Assembly: GCF_018350175.1 (NCBI RefSeq)
Contig: NC_058368.1
Span: 146,508,001 to 146,572,000, forward strand
Direction of reading: 5' to 3'
Source: Felis catus
Taxonomy: Eukaryota
Length of the DNA stretch: 64,000 bases
In this document: piece by piece, positions 49,892 through 62,439 of the stretch
Numbering within the stretch: position 1 is the stretch's first letter
Layout: each line of letters begins with the position of its first letter
Made by a program: the position numbers and the translations under genes
The notes under the pieces: model-generated
Told to the model about the DNA's origin: nothing
The model's database searches: none
What the model saw: the letters and a program-made list of their open reading frames with translations, nothing else

Positions 49892-50091
49892 GTTTTTTTT
49901 TTTTTTTAGTTTTATTTATTTATTTTAAGAGAGACAGAGAGCAAGTGGGACAGAGACAGAGGGAGAGTCCTAAGCAGGCCACACACTGAGTGCAGAGCCC
50001 ACTGTGGGGCTCAAACTCACAAACCAGGAGATCATGACCTGAGCCTAAATCAAGAGTTGATGCTTAACCACCTGAGCCACCCAGGTGCCCC
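49892..50091 (-). mobile_element. Can-SINE with 13-bp TSD
   Basis: TSD TCATGACTAATTT (49879-49891) / TCATCACTAATTT (50092-50104). Confidence 0.93.
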
Positions 50092-50394
50092 TCATCACTA
50101 ATTTCTTAAAAGGTGTGTTTTAACACTAACTTTATAAAATACTGAGACACGGAAATACAAGATTGAAATCATAATCTTCAGTATTTGTGTTGGGTAATAT
50201 AATCTATATCCAAACGCTCAGAAAAATGCTCTAAAGAACCCCATGAGCATGTTAAGAGAACTAAATGGCTTATCATGGATGGGTCACTCCAGCAAAGCAT
50301 TTATCAATTTTACCGTGCTTTCTTTGGGAGCACAACCTTGCTTTTAGTGTTAAAAGAAAAATTTGGCTGATTTCTAATGAATCTAGTCAGAAGT

Positions 50395-50676
50395 AAAGGT
50401 TAAGAGTTTAGGCTCTGAGACAGAGGTCTTGGGTTTCATTAGCTGTGTGTCCTTGGGCAAGTAACTTAACCTCAACTATAAACAGAGATAATAACAGTAA
50501 TTACCACATAGGGTTGATGAACGTATTAAATGAATTTAATCCTCGTAATAATGTTTTCGGTTGGCTACTATTATTTTATATTGATACACATAAAAAATTT
50601 AGAGTAGTCTTGGTACATATTAACTAATCAATAAGTATTAGCCACAATCATCATCATCATCATCATCATCATCATT
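50395..50676 (+). mobile_element. MIR with terminal (ATC)n
   Basis: AGCTGTGTGTCCTTGGGCAAGTAACTTAACCTC; (ATC)n near 50647-50675. Confidence 0.75.
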
Positions 50677-50711
50677 ATACTCACTGCTCCCAATTAAGAA
50701 AGAACTTTTGC

Positions 50712-50983
50712 GGGGCACCTGGGTAGCTCAGTCCACTGAGCATCCAACTTTTGATTTCAGCTCAGGTCGTGATCCCAGGGTTGTGGGATCAAGCACCTGT
50801 CAGGCTCCACACTTAGAGTGGAGCCTGCTTAAGATTCTCTCTCTGCCTCTGCCCCTCTCCCCTTCTTGCATGTCCTCTCTGTCTCTAAAATTTAAAAAAG
50901 AAGGGAAGGAAAGGAAAGGTGATTGGAGGAGAGGGGTGAGGGGAGAGGATGGGAAGGAAGGGGAGAGGAGAGGAGAGGAGAGG
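50712..50983 (+). mobile_element. Older Can-SINE with purine-rich expanded tail
   Basis: TSD AAGAACTTTTGC (50700-50711) / AAGCACTTTTGC (50984-50995). Confidence 0.9.
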
Positions 50984-51169
50984 AAGCACTTTTGCATTTT
51001 AAGCTAAAAACTATTATTTCTGTTTTGAGATAGTTGAAAACCATAGACTGTGGTCCAGAAAGAAATGCTGCAGCACAAATTAGGTGTTAACACATCCAGT
51101 CATCAGCAGGCTTGTGCCTCATCCGTCCATCTGTCCATCCAATGCTTATTATGTCCTTACCGTATGGCA

Positions 51170-51355
51170 GTATTGTAGCTCTCCCACCTACTAGCTGTGT
51201 GCACTGGAGCAACTTTCTTTAACTCTCTGAGCTTGATTTTCTTCATCTGAGAAGTGGAATAATATCTGTCTTTGCTATGGAGAATAAATTAACTTAGAAA
51301 TTTTATGAAGGAATGGCATAGAGCCTGACCGATAATAAGTACTCATAAATAAGTT
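51170..51355 (+). mobile_element. MIR SINE
   Basis: CCACCTACTAGCTGTGTG..CTTTAACTCTCTGAGCTTGATTTTCTTCATCTG. Confidence 0.7.
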
Positions 51356-51409
51356 GTAATTCTTACAAAAACTAATAGCAAAAGGTCTTTGTATTGAGAT
51401 ATGGTTCTT

Positions 51410-51700
51410 TCATATAGTTTTTTAAACTATAGATCTTGATATATTAGTAAGTGATAAAATCAGTTTTTTAAAAGAAGCAACATTTTTAAAAACCAACATT
51501 TAAAAAAATAGAACAGGCTACAGTAGAGTAGTACAAACTAAATGAAGAGATTAAAATAGAACAATGCAGATAAGAGTGCATCACATGTACTGAAACATTA
51601 ATTTCACCCATATAAATACCTATATGTATATGGGTATTGGTTGTGTGTGAAACTTATTTCTTACTAAGGATTTCAGCCAAAAAAGTTTGAAAGCTCTTTA
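51410..51700. mobile_element. Possible old hAT-Charlie-type non-autonomous element
   Basis: Degenerate TIR-like ends AGTTTTTTAAACT ... AGTTTGAAAGCTCT; family not identified. Confidence 0.35.
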
Positions 51701-51743
51701 AGTATGTAGGTAGTGCTATATTGCTATTGTAATTGTCCAGATC

Positions 51744-51824
51744 AGAACTTTGTGTTTGTTAAGAAGAAGAACTTTGTGTTTGTTAAGAAGAAGAACTTTG
51801 TGTTTGTTAAGAACTTTGTGTTTG
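51744..51824. repeat. Short minisatellite: 4 x AGAACTTTGTGTTTG (periods 24, 24, 18 bp)
   Basis: Cores start at 51744, 51768, 51792, 51810. Confidence 0.95.
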
Positions 51825-52885
51825 ATAACTACTATTGTCTTTATAATATCTTTACCGGCAAGTGGCCGAAATGGCACATACAGGATTTTTAAATCAGTCC
51901 ACGCCAAGCTTCCTTGGTGGTTTAGTGGAGATGATTAAAACCATTACCTAGGAAATAAAATAGGGTTATTGACAGATTGCATTCTTTTCTGTGCTACTGC
52001 TGCTCACTGTCATTCTGTAAAATAAAAAAGCCATTTATAATGGACATAAGTCACATGGACGTAGGGTCCTTTGGAACATTCTGCATGAAAGCTGCCTCCT
52101 CTGAGGTGTAGGGAAACCCAGGAGTCCGCTGTTGTTTCTAGTGTACGTACTGACACAGACTAAAGGGAAGAGAGCTGTCACCAGTGCCTGAAAAGCTGGG
52201 GGAATAATTGCCATCTTCTCAAGAGAGCCCTTTGCCCTAAAAGCCTTCAATTCCAGCTCATCTGTCTTTAGAGTTTCTTGGGCACATAGGCCTCCTGTCT
52301 CTTTTTCCAAATTAAGGGCACTCAGCAGAGCTGCCACACTGGGCACTAATGAATTCTCTGAGACTAATCTACACAGTAATGAGAACTGGAATCTGTCACT
52401 TACTCTCCCAGGAGGTAACAGTTCACACGCCGTTACATCACCCTATTAAAATAACTTATTAGCTGTGTTGCTTGTCTGCTACCATTCATTAAGAAGGTGT
52501 GACCAAAGAGACATGTATTTGAACAAATGATGAAATTTAATTTGAATTGTTCTCCGTTTTGTTTTTATGGCCGAATGCACACATGGTGTAAGTAAATTTA
52601 AGCATTTTATACAGATCATAGGTACCTTAGGGAAGTGTCAACACAATTATGACTTTTCACCAACTAGATGAAAGAGAAGTTAAATAAGAAACTGCATCTC
52701 ATTCAAAATGTGTGAAGAACCTGTACGTTCCATTCCCTGCATTTTTGTCTCCCAGGAAATATGTATGTTTCTGGAAGAGGCTTTCATTACAGGCATAATG
52801 TGTTATGCCATGAAATAATTGATAAATCATTGAGAGCTAAATTGGGGAGGATAAATCTAGATGGAATAATAAGAAGTTAAGTACA

Positions 52886-53112
52886 ATTTTTAAAAAATTA
52901 AGTTTATTTACTTTGACGAGAGAGAGAGAGCATGCAGGGTAGGAGCAGAGAGAGAGAGGCGGAGGGGGGGTGGGGGGAGAGAATCCCAAGCAGGTTCTGT
53001 GCTGACACACTGCAGAGCCTGACACAGGACTCAAACTCAACGAACCATGAGATCGTGACCTGAACCAAAATCAAGAGTTGGACGCTTAACCAACTGAGCC
53101 ACCCAAGTGCCC
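52886..53112 (-). mobile_element. Can-SINE
   Basis: GAATCCCAAGCAGG body; head ends CCCAAGTGCCC. Confidence 0.92.
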
Positions 53113-53189
53113 TGGTATATAATTTTTATCACTGATCTACCAAATTATATAAACATTTATTTGCTGTTTATTTTTGTCAGTATAATGTC

Positions 53190-53860
53190 TCAGAGCCTGG
53201 GCTTTGACCTTATATGGAGATTACTTAAGTTTCAGTTCTTCGTTTTGGTAGTTGTGTGGTCAAAGAGGATATTATTTAGCTTTTTACCCTCATTTACTTC
53301 ATCTGTAGAATGAGAGTAAAATGGTATCTATCTTACACTTGAGTTTGTTGGGAGGATTAAATGTGCTTAAAAAGTGTTTGGCCCATGGTAAATATTCAGT
53401 AATATCTATTATCATTATCATAATCACCATCATTATCTAGTCTTCCTCCTCCAAGGAAAAAGTCGGGAAGAGATATTTTTTGCACTTTTTTTTTTCCTTT
53501 TGATGCAGCTGTCTGAAAACGGCAACTATAGAGTATAGCTCAAAAAATATTGGAAAGCAGATCAATGCGTTTGTAAGCTCAGCAGCCCCATCAACTGCTC
53601 TGCAAGCCCATACCCAATCACCTTTCTTTGAAGAAGAGCATTTCTGGCGTGTAGTGCTATTAGTTGTGTTATTTTGTTGTGTTATTAGTTGTGTCACTTT
53701 GAGCAGGCTTCCTTAGCTCTCTAAGCTTCGTGTTCTTTATCTTTAGAAAGGGCATGGTCATACCTCCTTCATTGTGTTGGTGCCAAGATGGAGTCAAATG
53801 AAAATAACTTTATAAAACATTTTTCAACAAGTCTAAGCGTGTATTTATATGCTCAATGTA
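53190..53860 (+). mobile_element. Two MIR fragments (~53190-53430 and ~53690-53860)
   Basis: TTCATCTGTAGAATGAG..GAGGATTAAATG; GTGTCACTTTGAGCAGG..TTCTTTATCTTTAGAAAGGG. Confidence 0.55.
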
Positions 53861-54739
53861 TAAATCCTCAATAAACTGCAATTTTTAGGATTATTGTTAC
53901 TCATAATGCTGCTCACTACTATCTGTGAGACACAGCTCTGGATTATTTTCTAACAGCTGTATACATGCAAGCTGTTCCCTTTCTGCGCTTGCCTCGTCTC
54001 TCTTATGTCCTCAGAGCCTGCAGTCTGAGGGGGCTGCCTGGAAGTGCACTGGTTATAGAAGAGAGCTTTTGAAACTAGACCATATCATACTTAAATACAA
54101 TCTATAACTTTGGCCTCATTCTTTCAACCTTCTAGCCAACTATACAAAGTAGCCTATGTTAATGTCCTAGTTGTTTTATTAATAGATCATTAATTGGATT
54201 AAGTGTTATTTTAACAGTTTTAATAATAACATTTGGAATCATATTATTGGTGAACAACATAAACCACTCATAGTCTTTCTAAACTATTGGAATTAAAAAG
54301 GATATTCCAAAAATAACAGTCACTTAAGCATAGTCATTTTATAATAGGTAGGCTTTTAAAGTTAATTTTGTACTTTCAGAGTCAAATTAAATTCATGAAC
54401 AACTAGCAATTGAAATTGCACCCAAATGCTATTTAAAACAAACTGGATTCTTTCTTACATTTGGGGACTTGGCATGCGTATGTCCTGAGGAGTTTTATAG
54501 CCACGTGGTGCATACAAAACGAGGTGCTGAATTTTCATCATTTTGCCTGAACTATGTCTTTCCAGATTTGTGTTTCTCACAATCATCTAAAATGCAATAT
54601 AGTTTAGTTAAAAGCAAATTCTTAGTAATAATCTTGAAAATACATTTAAAAAGTATCTCCACTTCTGTTCTTGTCTAGTCTCAAACATTCTTCAAAAGAC
54701 AGCTCACCATCTTGAAGTAGAAGAAAAAAATACTGATAG

Positions 54740-54930
54740 TAATATGACAATAACAGCCAGTACTTTCCACATCCTGCCATGTAATAAGCCCTTTGCACAT
54801 ATTAAGTCATTTAATCCCCATATCAACCCTATAAGCTAGGTACTATTTTTATCTCCATTTTACACTGCAGAGAATTGAACTGCAGAGCAGTGGAGTAACT
54901 TGCTGAGGTCGCACAGGCAGCAAGTACAAG
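54740..54930 (-). mobile_element. MIR SINE
   Basis: CATTTAATCCCCA..AACCCTATAAGCTAGGTACTATT..CTCCATTTTACA..AGTAACTTGCTGAGGTCGCACAG. Confidence 0.8.
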
Positions 54931-55449
54931 ACTCAAGCAGGACTCAAGTACAGGACTCAAGCATCAGGTTATCTGACCAAAATTGTTACATAGCCAGAGC
55001 TTTTTCCTATTGATCAACATCAAATTTATGGCACTTCAGTGGTGATGAAAACCTCTGTTTTGGGATACAGTACTACCATGTAATTCCTAACAAGGAAAAA
55101 CAAAAGACAAACAAACGAACAAACAAAAAAACCCACCTTCTCTCCTAATGCCTGGTTTCTCTCAAAATGAGCTATATTTCTTTCCATTTGCATGGTCTGG
55201 ACTAATTTGCATGATTAGTTTGGATAAATCAGGTAAGAGAATATAACTTTTTAAATTATAAGCTTCTGACTCAAAATTGAATGAGTTCTTGGTTTTTGAA
55301 CATGACATGGTGACTATTGGATTATTTTAAAAGATCTCTATAAGTCTTCTAGAGAAAGGTGGCTACAGGGTTATTATGGTTGATGCCCTCACATGCAGCA
55401 GCCATGTGGTTTGGGAGGTGACACTACTTCTAGAGGAAGCTTCTGATTT

Positions 55450-55830
55450 GACCCAGCCTATTACAATGATTCTACCTTCCTTGCTAGCATTGCTTGGGGA
55501 ACCAGTGTTTAAGCCAATCGGAATACAACATTCCCCTGGCTGTCATTTGCTCTGCAATCCATAACCTAAACTGGCCCAGTCAGACTCAGTGGAGAGACTT
55601 AACCATATGGTTGCAAGGAGCTACTTTCACTCTCACTGCAGAAGGAGACTTGAGATAAAGTTAAGGTTGTAGACAACAGAGGAGAAAGGAAAGAACCTCG
55701 ATGTATGATGACCAGACCTGAAAGCCCAACTACCTTTAACTGCCACTTGAGGTAGGGGGAAATACATTTTTATCAGAGTTTAAGTTTGTTTGAGTCTGGC
55801 TTTCTGTTCATTTGCAGCTCAAGCATGGCC
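55450..55830 (+). mobile_element. Old MaLR LTR fragment (MLT1K/L-like)
   Basis: TGGCCCAGTCAGACTC and terminal TTAAG..GTTTGAGTCTGGCTTTCTGTTCATTTGCAGC. Confidence 0.45.
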
Positions 55831-57236
55831 AGGAAACACATTTTCACTCCTTAGCACTGGCTCTATGGTCCTGGTTTTAAAGGGGCAATTATTTTGTGCA
55901 TTTTGAATTACTGATAATTCGGTTCAAACATATGACTGACCCAAATTGGTATCCACATTTATTAAGCATGTAATGTAACTCATGCCAGTCCTCATGTAGG
56001 AGCTTACATATACATTATCTAGAAGTACCTTCACATCGGGTTCAGGGAGAGGGATAACCACTTTTTCTAGGTGAGTGAGGTTCATTGTGGTTAAGTAACT
56101 TCCCTCGAATCTCAGTGTTACTTGGTGGAAAATTCTTACTTGAGATCAGGTGCTATTACCCTGGTACTTTGATTTGGGTGATTCAGGGCAGGAAGGATGG
56201 GAATGCATGAAGGACTTCAGAACATTTCATTTGGAGGCAATATCTATTCATGGAATAGACCATTACTGCTCACCTTAAACATTATGCTCTATCACTTTTT
56301 CCCCATATTATATCCTGTGGAAAATCACCAAAATCATAATAAGTATAACATTTTATAATTCCATGTAAATTGAAGTAGAAATATCTATTCTGGCATAGTT
56401 AACACATTTCTCAAGTTTCTTTCCAGCCACATAATAAAATTATGTATAGCTATATATGAAAAATATATGTAATATAAATATATGTAGATATAAATCTGAA
56501 GCATATTTAATTTAGCTTTTAATTTCTTTATTGTCTCATAATTCCCCCTTTCTTGGATTTGCTGATGTAAAACATTCTAATGCAGTTCTAAATGGGAAAC
56601 ATTTGTTACTCATTCTAGGGCTGCATACTGAATTAGGTTTGGATAACATAGCAAATCAAGATGATTATCACACATGAAAGTGAAGCAATCCAATGTAACA
56701 TAATGTCAATCATAGACGACCAGGTCTCTCTAGGGCTTGATTTGTTGCTTTTTAAAGCCTGAAGCTCTTTAGAGAGTGCTACTGCAAATGCTCTTGATTC
56801 TTATGAAACAATTGGTCTAGAAAGGTAAGAACTCAAATAACCAAAAACATTTCTTCTGCCTTTCTCATATAGTGTTTTCCCCCCAAGTGTTCCATTTTAA
56901 AGCCAGAGAACTTACATCTGTGGCAGTTACATACCTCAGCATGAAATTAATTTTTACCATTGCCGACAACTGGTGCTCAGGCCCAAAAGCGCCATGCATG
57001 TCCAGAGATGTTGTCAACCAAGAGCTGGCTCATAAAGCTGGGCAAATGCAGAACTTGGAGGAAGAGGGTAAGTTGACTAGTTAAGCTAGCAGTGACTTAA
57101 CTTCAAGAAGCTCAGTACCAAGTAGAGGCAATGCACGCCTGCCCAAAGTGTCTTGGGTTGAAGAGAAATTCCGATGGATATTGATAGATACTATGTTAAA
57201 AAGTACATAGAATTGCCTGAATTTATGCATATAAAG

Positions 57237-57239
<3 letters not shown>

Positions 57240-57277
<38 letters not shown>
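57240..57277. repeat. (GT)n microsatellite
   Basis: Direct read. Confidence 0.95.
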
Positions 57278-57278
<1 letters not shown>

Positions 57279-57496
57279 CATCCTAGAGGATGGGTAATCT
57301 ACAAAGCACACCTTGGGAAGTGTTGGGCTGTGGCGTGGCAGAGGTTCTGTTTGAAATAGGCTATCTGCATTATAACAAATAGAATACAATGGAGAAAATT
57401 GGTTTCTCTCTAACTTTTTTGTTTGGAAGTATTGTTCTGTATCATTATTTATGGTGAAATAATAACATTTCACATAGCATATAACATTACTTTTTT

Positions 57497-57721
57497 GTTA
57501 AAACAAATTTTTTTTTAATGTTTATTTTTTGAGAGAGAGATAGAGTGCGAGCAGGGGAAGGAGCAGAGTGAGAGAGAGAGAGGGAGACACAGAATCCGTA
57601 GCAGGCTCCAGGCTCTGAGCTGTCAGCACAGAGCCTGACGCGGGGCTCGAAGTCACTAGCTGTGAGATCATGACCTGAGCCAAAGTCGGACGCTTAACAG
57701 ACTGAGCCACCCCGGTGCCCC
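57497..57721 (-). mobile_element. Can-SINE
   Basis: Felid-type body; TSD-like ACATTACTTTTT / ACATTACCTTTT. Confidence 0.94.
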
Positions 57722-57876
57722 ACATTACCTTTTTTCTAAATAATTTTGTCTACATTTCTTCTTTTACTCTCAGGGAAACACAGAGAGTATAATTAGGACA
57801 CTTGTGTTCTATTTTGCAGCAAGAAAATGATGCAGAGAGAAGGTAAATGCCTTTTACAGTCAGCATAAATGAGATT

Positions 57877-58032
57877 AGGGCATTGGAAAACTAAGGCCCA
57901 CAAGCCAAGTCTGGTCTGCAGCTTGTTTTTATATGATCTGGAAATGAAGAATTTTTTTTAAGGTTTGTTAAAAAAATAAAAAGAGGAATATTTACTATCT
58001 GACCCGTTATGAAAAATTATGCAAACCCCTGG
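57877..58032. mobile_element. MER58-like hAT element, internally deleted
   Basis: AGGGCATTGGAAAACT..GGCCCACAAGCCAAGTCTGG ... TATTTACTATCTGACCC..TGCAAACCCCTG. Confidence 0.6.
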
Positions 58033-58039
58033 ACTAGAT

Positions 58040-58400
58040 TATGTTGTGGTAACAAACAAAGTCTGTATCTCAGTGGTTTTGCCAAAAAATATGTTTCTTG
58101 GTAATACTGTATGCCCAACAAAGGCTGCCAGGAGTCTCTGCTTATCCAGATGATTCAGGAGCCCAGACTGACGAGACTCCATGTCATTATGGCACAGTGA
58201 CGGACGGAAAGGAAACGTGATGAGATGAACACTCGCTCTTCAAATTTCCACTTTGGTGTGAAACATCCCACTTGTGCTCACATTTCACTGGCCAAGCAAG
58301 TCACGTGGCCTCATCTTACTTCAAAGGGGCAGAGAAGTGCTATCCTACCTTGTGCCTGCAAGAAGGAAATCAAAAACCTTTGGTGAACACCAGTGTTAAT
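58040..58400 (-). mobile_element. Old MaLR LTR (MLT1J/K-like)
   Basis: GTGGTAACAAACAA..ATCTCAGTGG; GCTCACATTTCACTGGCCAAGCAAGTCACGTGGCC..ACTTCAAAGGGG. Confidence 0.7.
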
Positions 58401-58505
58401 AAAGGCAGGGTGTACAAATGTGCTCACACACACACGTGTATAGAAAGCTAGTTCAAGAAGAAATTAGTTAGAATCCATATCTGTGAAAATTTGTTTATTG
58501 ATTCC

Positions 58506-58508
<3 letters not shown>

Positions 58509-58583
<75 letters not shown>
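58509..58583. repeat. Compound (CT)n(AT)n microsatellite
   Basis: Direct read. Confidence 0.95.
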
Positions 58584-58586
<3 letters not shown>

Positions 58587-58794
58587 GTGTAGATATCTCT
58601 ATAACATAGTTACATAGAAAGCTCTATTACATGTATATATAGAGAGAGAATCTTATCCTATATGGAATTCCATACATATAAACACATAATAGATATCTCT
58701 ATATAGATCTATCTAATGAAAACTACTAGTATTAGAAGGAAAACTACACTTGATTCTAAGGAAACATATTTTATAAAGAAAGGTGTGGTTAGGA

Positions 58795-59015
58795 GCGAGC
58801 ACCTGAGTGGCTCAGTCGGTTAAGTGTCCAACTTTGGCTCAGGTCATGATCTCAGAGTCCGTGAGTTCAAGCCCCGTGTTGGGCTCTGTGCTGACACCTC
58901 AGAGCCTGGAGCCTGTTTTGAATTCTGTGTCTCCCTCTCTCTCTGCCCCTGCCCCACTTACACTCTGTCTCTGTCTCTCAAAAATGAATAAATATTAAAA
59001 ACTTAAAAGAAAAAG
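58795..59015 (+). mobile_element. Can-SINE
   Basis: GCACCTGAGTGGCTCAGTCGG head; TSD-like AAAGGTGTGGTTA / AAAGGTGCAGTTA. Confidence 0.92.
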
Positions 59016-59274
59016 AAAAAGGTGCAGTTAATAGTGACAGATCCAAAGTGTGAGGTTTTTATAGTTTCTGGATAATCTCTCCATCGTGTACTTCGTACTC
59101 TATATTAAAAGTTTTCTTTTTTAAGTAAAGGCCTTATATAATTTTGAAATCATGCTAGATTATTTTTTATATGATCTCATGTTGGAAATACTTGCTCCTG
59201 TGACAAAGGGAAGTCCACCACATCACCACCCCCCACCACACACACACACACACGGTAAAGAACATTCTTGTTTT

Positions 59275-59471
59275 CTTTTGTTGTTATTGTATTTATTTAT
59301 TTATTTATTTATTTATTTATAGCACATGCATGAGAGCGGGGTGGGGACTAGGGAGAGGGAGAGAATCTAGCACGGAGCCCAATGTGGGGAACTGTCTCAT
59401 GACCTTCAGATCATGACCTGTCCTGAAATCAAGATTCTGATGCTAAATCTACTGAGTCACACAGGCACCCC
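59275..59471 (-). mobile_element. Old, internally shortened Can-SINE with (TTTA)n tail
   Basis: GATCATGACCTG..GAAATCAAGA..ACTGAGTCACACAGGCACCCC. Confidence 0.8.
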
Positions 59472-61694
59472 AAACTTCTTGATTTTCAAAAGGCATTATG
59501 AATTTTAAGTGTCCTTACTCCATGCCTGCATGCACAAGGCCAAACCGTAGTCTGAAATACTCCTACACCTGAGAACAACACTGGCCACACCTTTCTTGGC
59601 TTAGTGGCAAAGCAAGGAAATTGTGCGTGATAAAGAATTGAAGAAATTGTTGTATTCCTCTTCACATATGCTTCCTTCCTTCAGTCAGAGGTTATTGGTG
59701 AGTTTGCTTTTTGTTTCTTTACGTCTTTGACCCTTTTCTCTTCACTTAAAGGAAGCCACATGAGAGAAACATAAATTGCGAGGCTTTTTTTTTTTTAACT
59801 GTACACTTGGCCATCCCATCAATGTATACTTTATCACTGGAGACTATTACTGCCAAAATGGCAAGTTTCAAAAATACCCAGTCACTAGTGAGAGGAAAAG
59901 CCTCAGAAAGGGACAGTTTCTCTTCAGAAGAATAAATCACAATATTTAAAGAGAAGAGATCTTGTGAGAAAGCACCAGTTGGAGATTCCAAGCCTGTCTG
60001 CCATCTATGTTTGGGGAATGGTTAACAGCGTGTGTGGGAGGCCAAGCAAAAATGGAGAGCAGGGAGATTTTCTTTGCTGAAGGAAAAAAAAAAGATGTTT
60101 GAAGAAAGTACATGTGGGGCAGGAAGGGGGGAGGGCAATGGCTCCTGGAAACCAGAGGACACAGGATGAAAGATAACGTGCAGTTCACTGGCTTCATGCA
60201 TGCCAGATAGTACATAAACTAAAGAGGCAATTGTCATTTAAAAAAAAATGTTTCCTTATCCATAGAGGAAAGTGAAATTTAAGGTTGCTGCTGAATAATT
60301 TCCATCAGCTACGGTTCAATCCATGAGCATCACTGATACCCATCTCAGCTGGCTTCTCTGTGTTTCTCCATCTTTCTCTGAAAGCCTCCGTGTTTCCGTG
60401 GAATTTCTCCTGGAATTAACCTGTGCTACCAAGAAATGCGTTTAAACTGCTTTTTAAAACCCCTAGTTTCCATCTTGAAAGAGAAAATATAAATACAAGG
60501 AGTGTCATAGTTACTAGCTCCATTTCCAGAGCATCTGGATGTCAGCAAGTTAGAGAATGAACTGGGGAAGGTATTTGACCACACAATACGCAAAGTGATG
60601 AAGAAACCCCAGAGAAAAGGGAAACTTTCTTTTTTCAGGAGTACAAACATCCAGTCATCAAGGCTATATTTTGGAAAATGATTATGTCTACTGAAATGAT
60701 AAGATGAGAAGAATCATTTTGTGTGACTTTGTTGACTCATGAAAATAAATAAAAATACCGTAAATGCTTCCCTTAAAAGAAGGTAGTAATATTTTTCATA
60801 TTTATCTTCAAAGAAAAAAAATTAAGATTCTCAGCTTTTCACCAGTGAAATTACAGACTATTTGATTCTCTATGAAGTTATGATAATAGTAAAGGAGCTT
60901 ACATAAAATCATATCCCTGCATATTTCAACCTTCCTTATTTGTGTAAATTTAAGTTTATATATAAATGTAAAAACATAGATCATATATGGAATGAAATTA
61001 AACTTATTTCAAAAAATATTCATATATATAGTATATCATTCAATGTCAGAAAATAAAAAATCTTAAGCTTTATATCTTGCAAGCTTTACATATTGATGGG
61101 TCATATTTAATCACCAAAGGGTTAATATTCTACGCATACTGTAATTAAAAATAAATAGATCTCTAGGCCACTTAGTCCCCAACTGTGCCAGATGAGGCAA
61201 ACATTTCACTTCTGTAAAAATAAATTTCTAATTTTGAAGCATTAGTTGAACCTCCCATCAAGGAATTCTGTGATGTCTGTTCATTTATCTAAGATATTTT
61301 TTCAGGCTTATGAATATTTATGAGCCATAGGGTTCAATTGAGCATTATACGAAGTGAGAGGTAGTGTCTTCCAGATGTAAAGGGTGCTTTTAATTCTGTT
61401 GCTTCTCCAGATCCTCACTGGCATCTTGTCACGCTTGAACGAGTCATTCAAAATAGAGCTGCCATCTAATTGAAGTACCTGAAGTGCAGAAATGAGAGGA
61501 GAATTTAATGAAGCGTAAATTGTCTGTTCAATTGGAGATACAGACCCCTTTACTGTGGCACAATTAAATAAAACATAGTGAAGGTTTCTACTAATCAACC
61601 CAACCACCTTCTGTTTTGCAGAAAGGAAACCTACGAGATCAGTTGATGTCTTTATTGTCATGTGTGGTGCATGGACAGTAAATGTATTCTCTGG

Positions 61695-61708
61695 TGCGTG
61701 CGTGTGTG

Positions 61709-61739
<31 letters not shown>
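61695..61739. repeat. (GT)n microsatellite
   Basis: Direct read. Confidence 0.95.
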
Positions 61740-61741
<2 letters not shown>

Positions 61742-62439
61742 ATAATACAGATTCTACCATGTGTAAGATACTGTGTTCAATGCTGGTAGGGGATACTCAG
61801 ATCAATCAAAATGGTCCCACTACCTATAGAAAACGACAGCCCTTATCAGGTACGAACAAGCTACCTTATTTTTAACAAAAGTTATTATGCAGCTCTCCAG
61901 GTTAAGGTTATGAAAGCCTATTAGAATTTGGAGCAATGATACCTATAGTGACTCAATGGGAAACAAAGAAACAAACAAACAACAACAACAAAAACCCAGC
62001 TCTTGCTGGATTACACACTTTCTCCTGGTTGTGAACTTTATTGAATTTCTCAATCTTATGAGTGTGCCCATGGGGTGACTATGGGTTTGAAAGTCATTGG
62101 CTTAGTCATCAGGGGAGAGGAAGTAGGGGACAGTGGGAGAATTAGCAATAGTCAAGTACACCCTCTCCCCACTTAAAATTGTATAGGAACCAATTAGCTC
62201 AGGAAATGGAAATAGCAACTGTCTGAAAAACCAACCAAATTCAGAAAATGAGATAGCAACAAATAGATGTAAAAATTCACCAAAAATACACTTTGTATTC
62301 ATGCATTCCTTATTTTAGAAAATATTTAAGTACCTATGTATGTAAAACACTTTGGCTGATAGTCACTAAGTGTACAGTAATGAATAAGTTTGAGTGGTTT
62401 TGTCATTTATAATAAAGTGGTGAATGATTGGCTATTTAT

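Noticed and set aside
51716..51938. ORFs with repeated peptides (LCLLRRRT / NKHKVLL)
   Set aside because: Translation artefact of the 24-bp minisatellite.
61308..61661. 117-aa ATG-initiated minus-strand ORF in unique DNA
   Set aside because: No protein family recognised, no splice or poly(A)/TSD evidence, and the length is compatible with chance. A blastp/PhyloCSF test would be needed to revive it.
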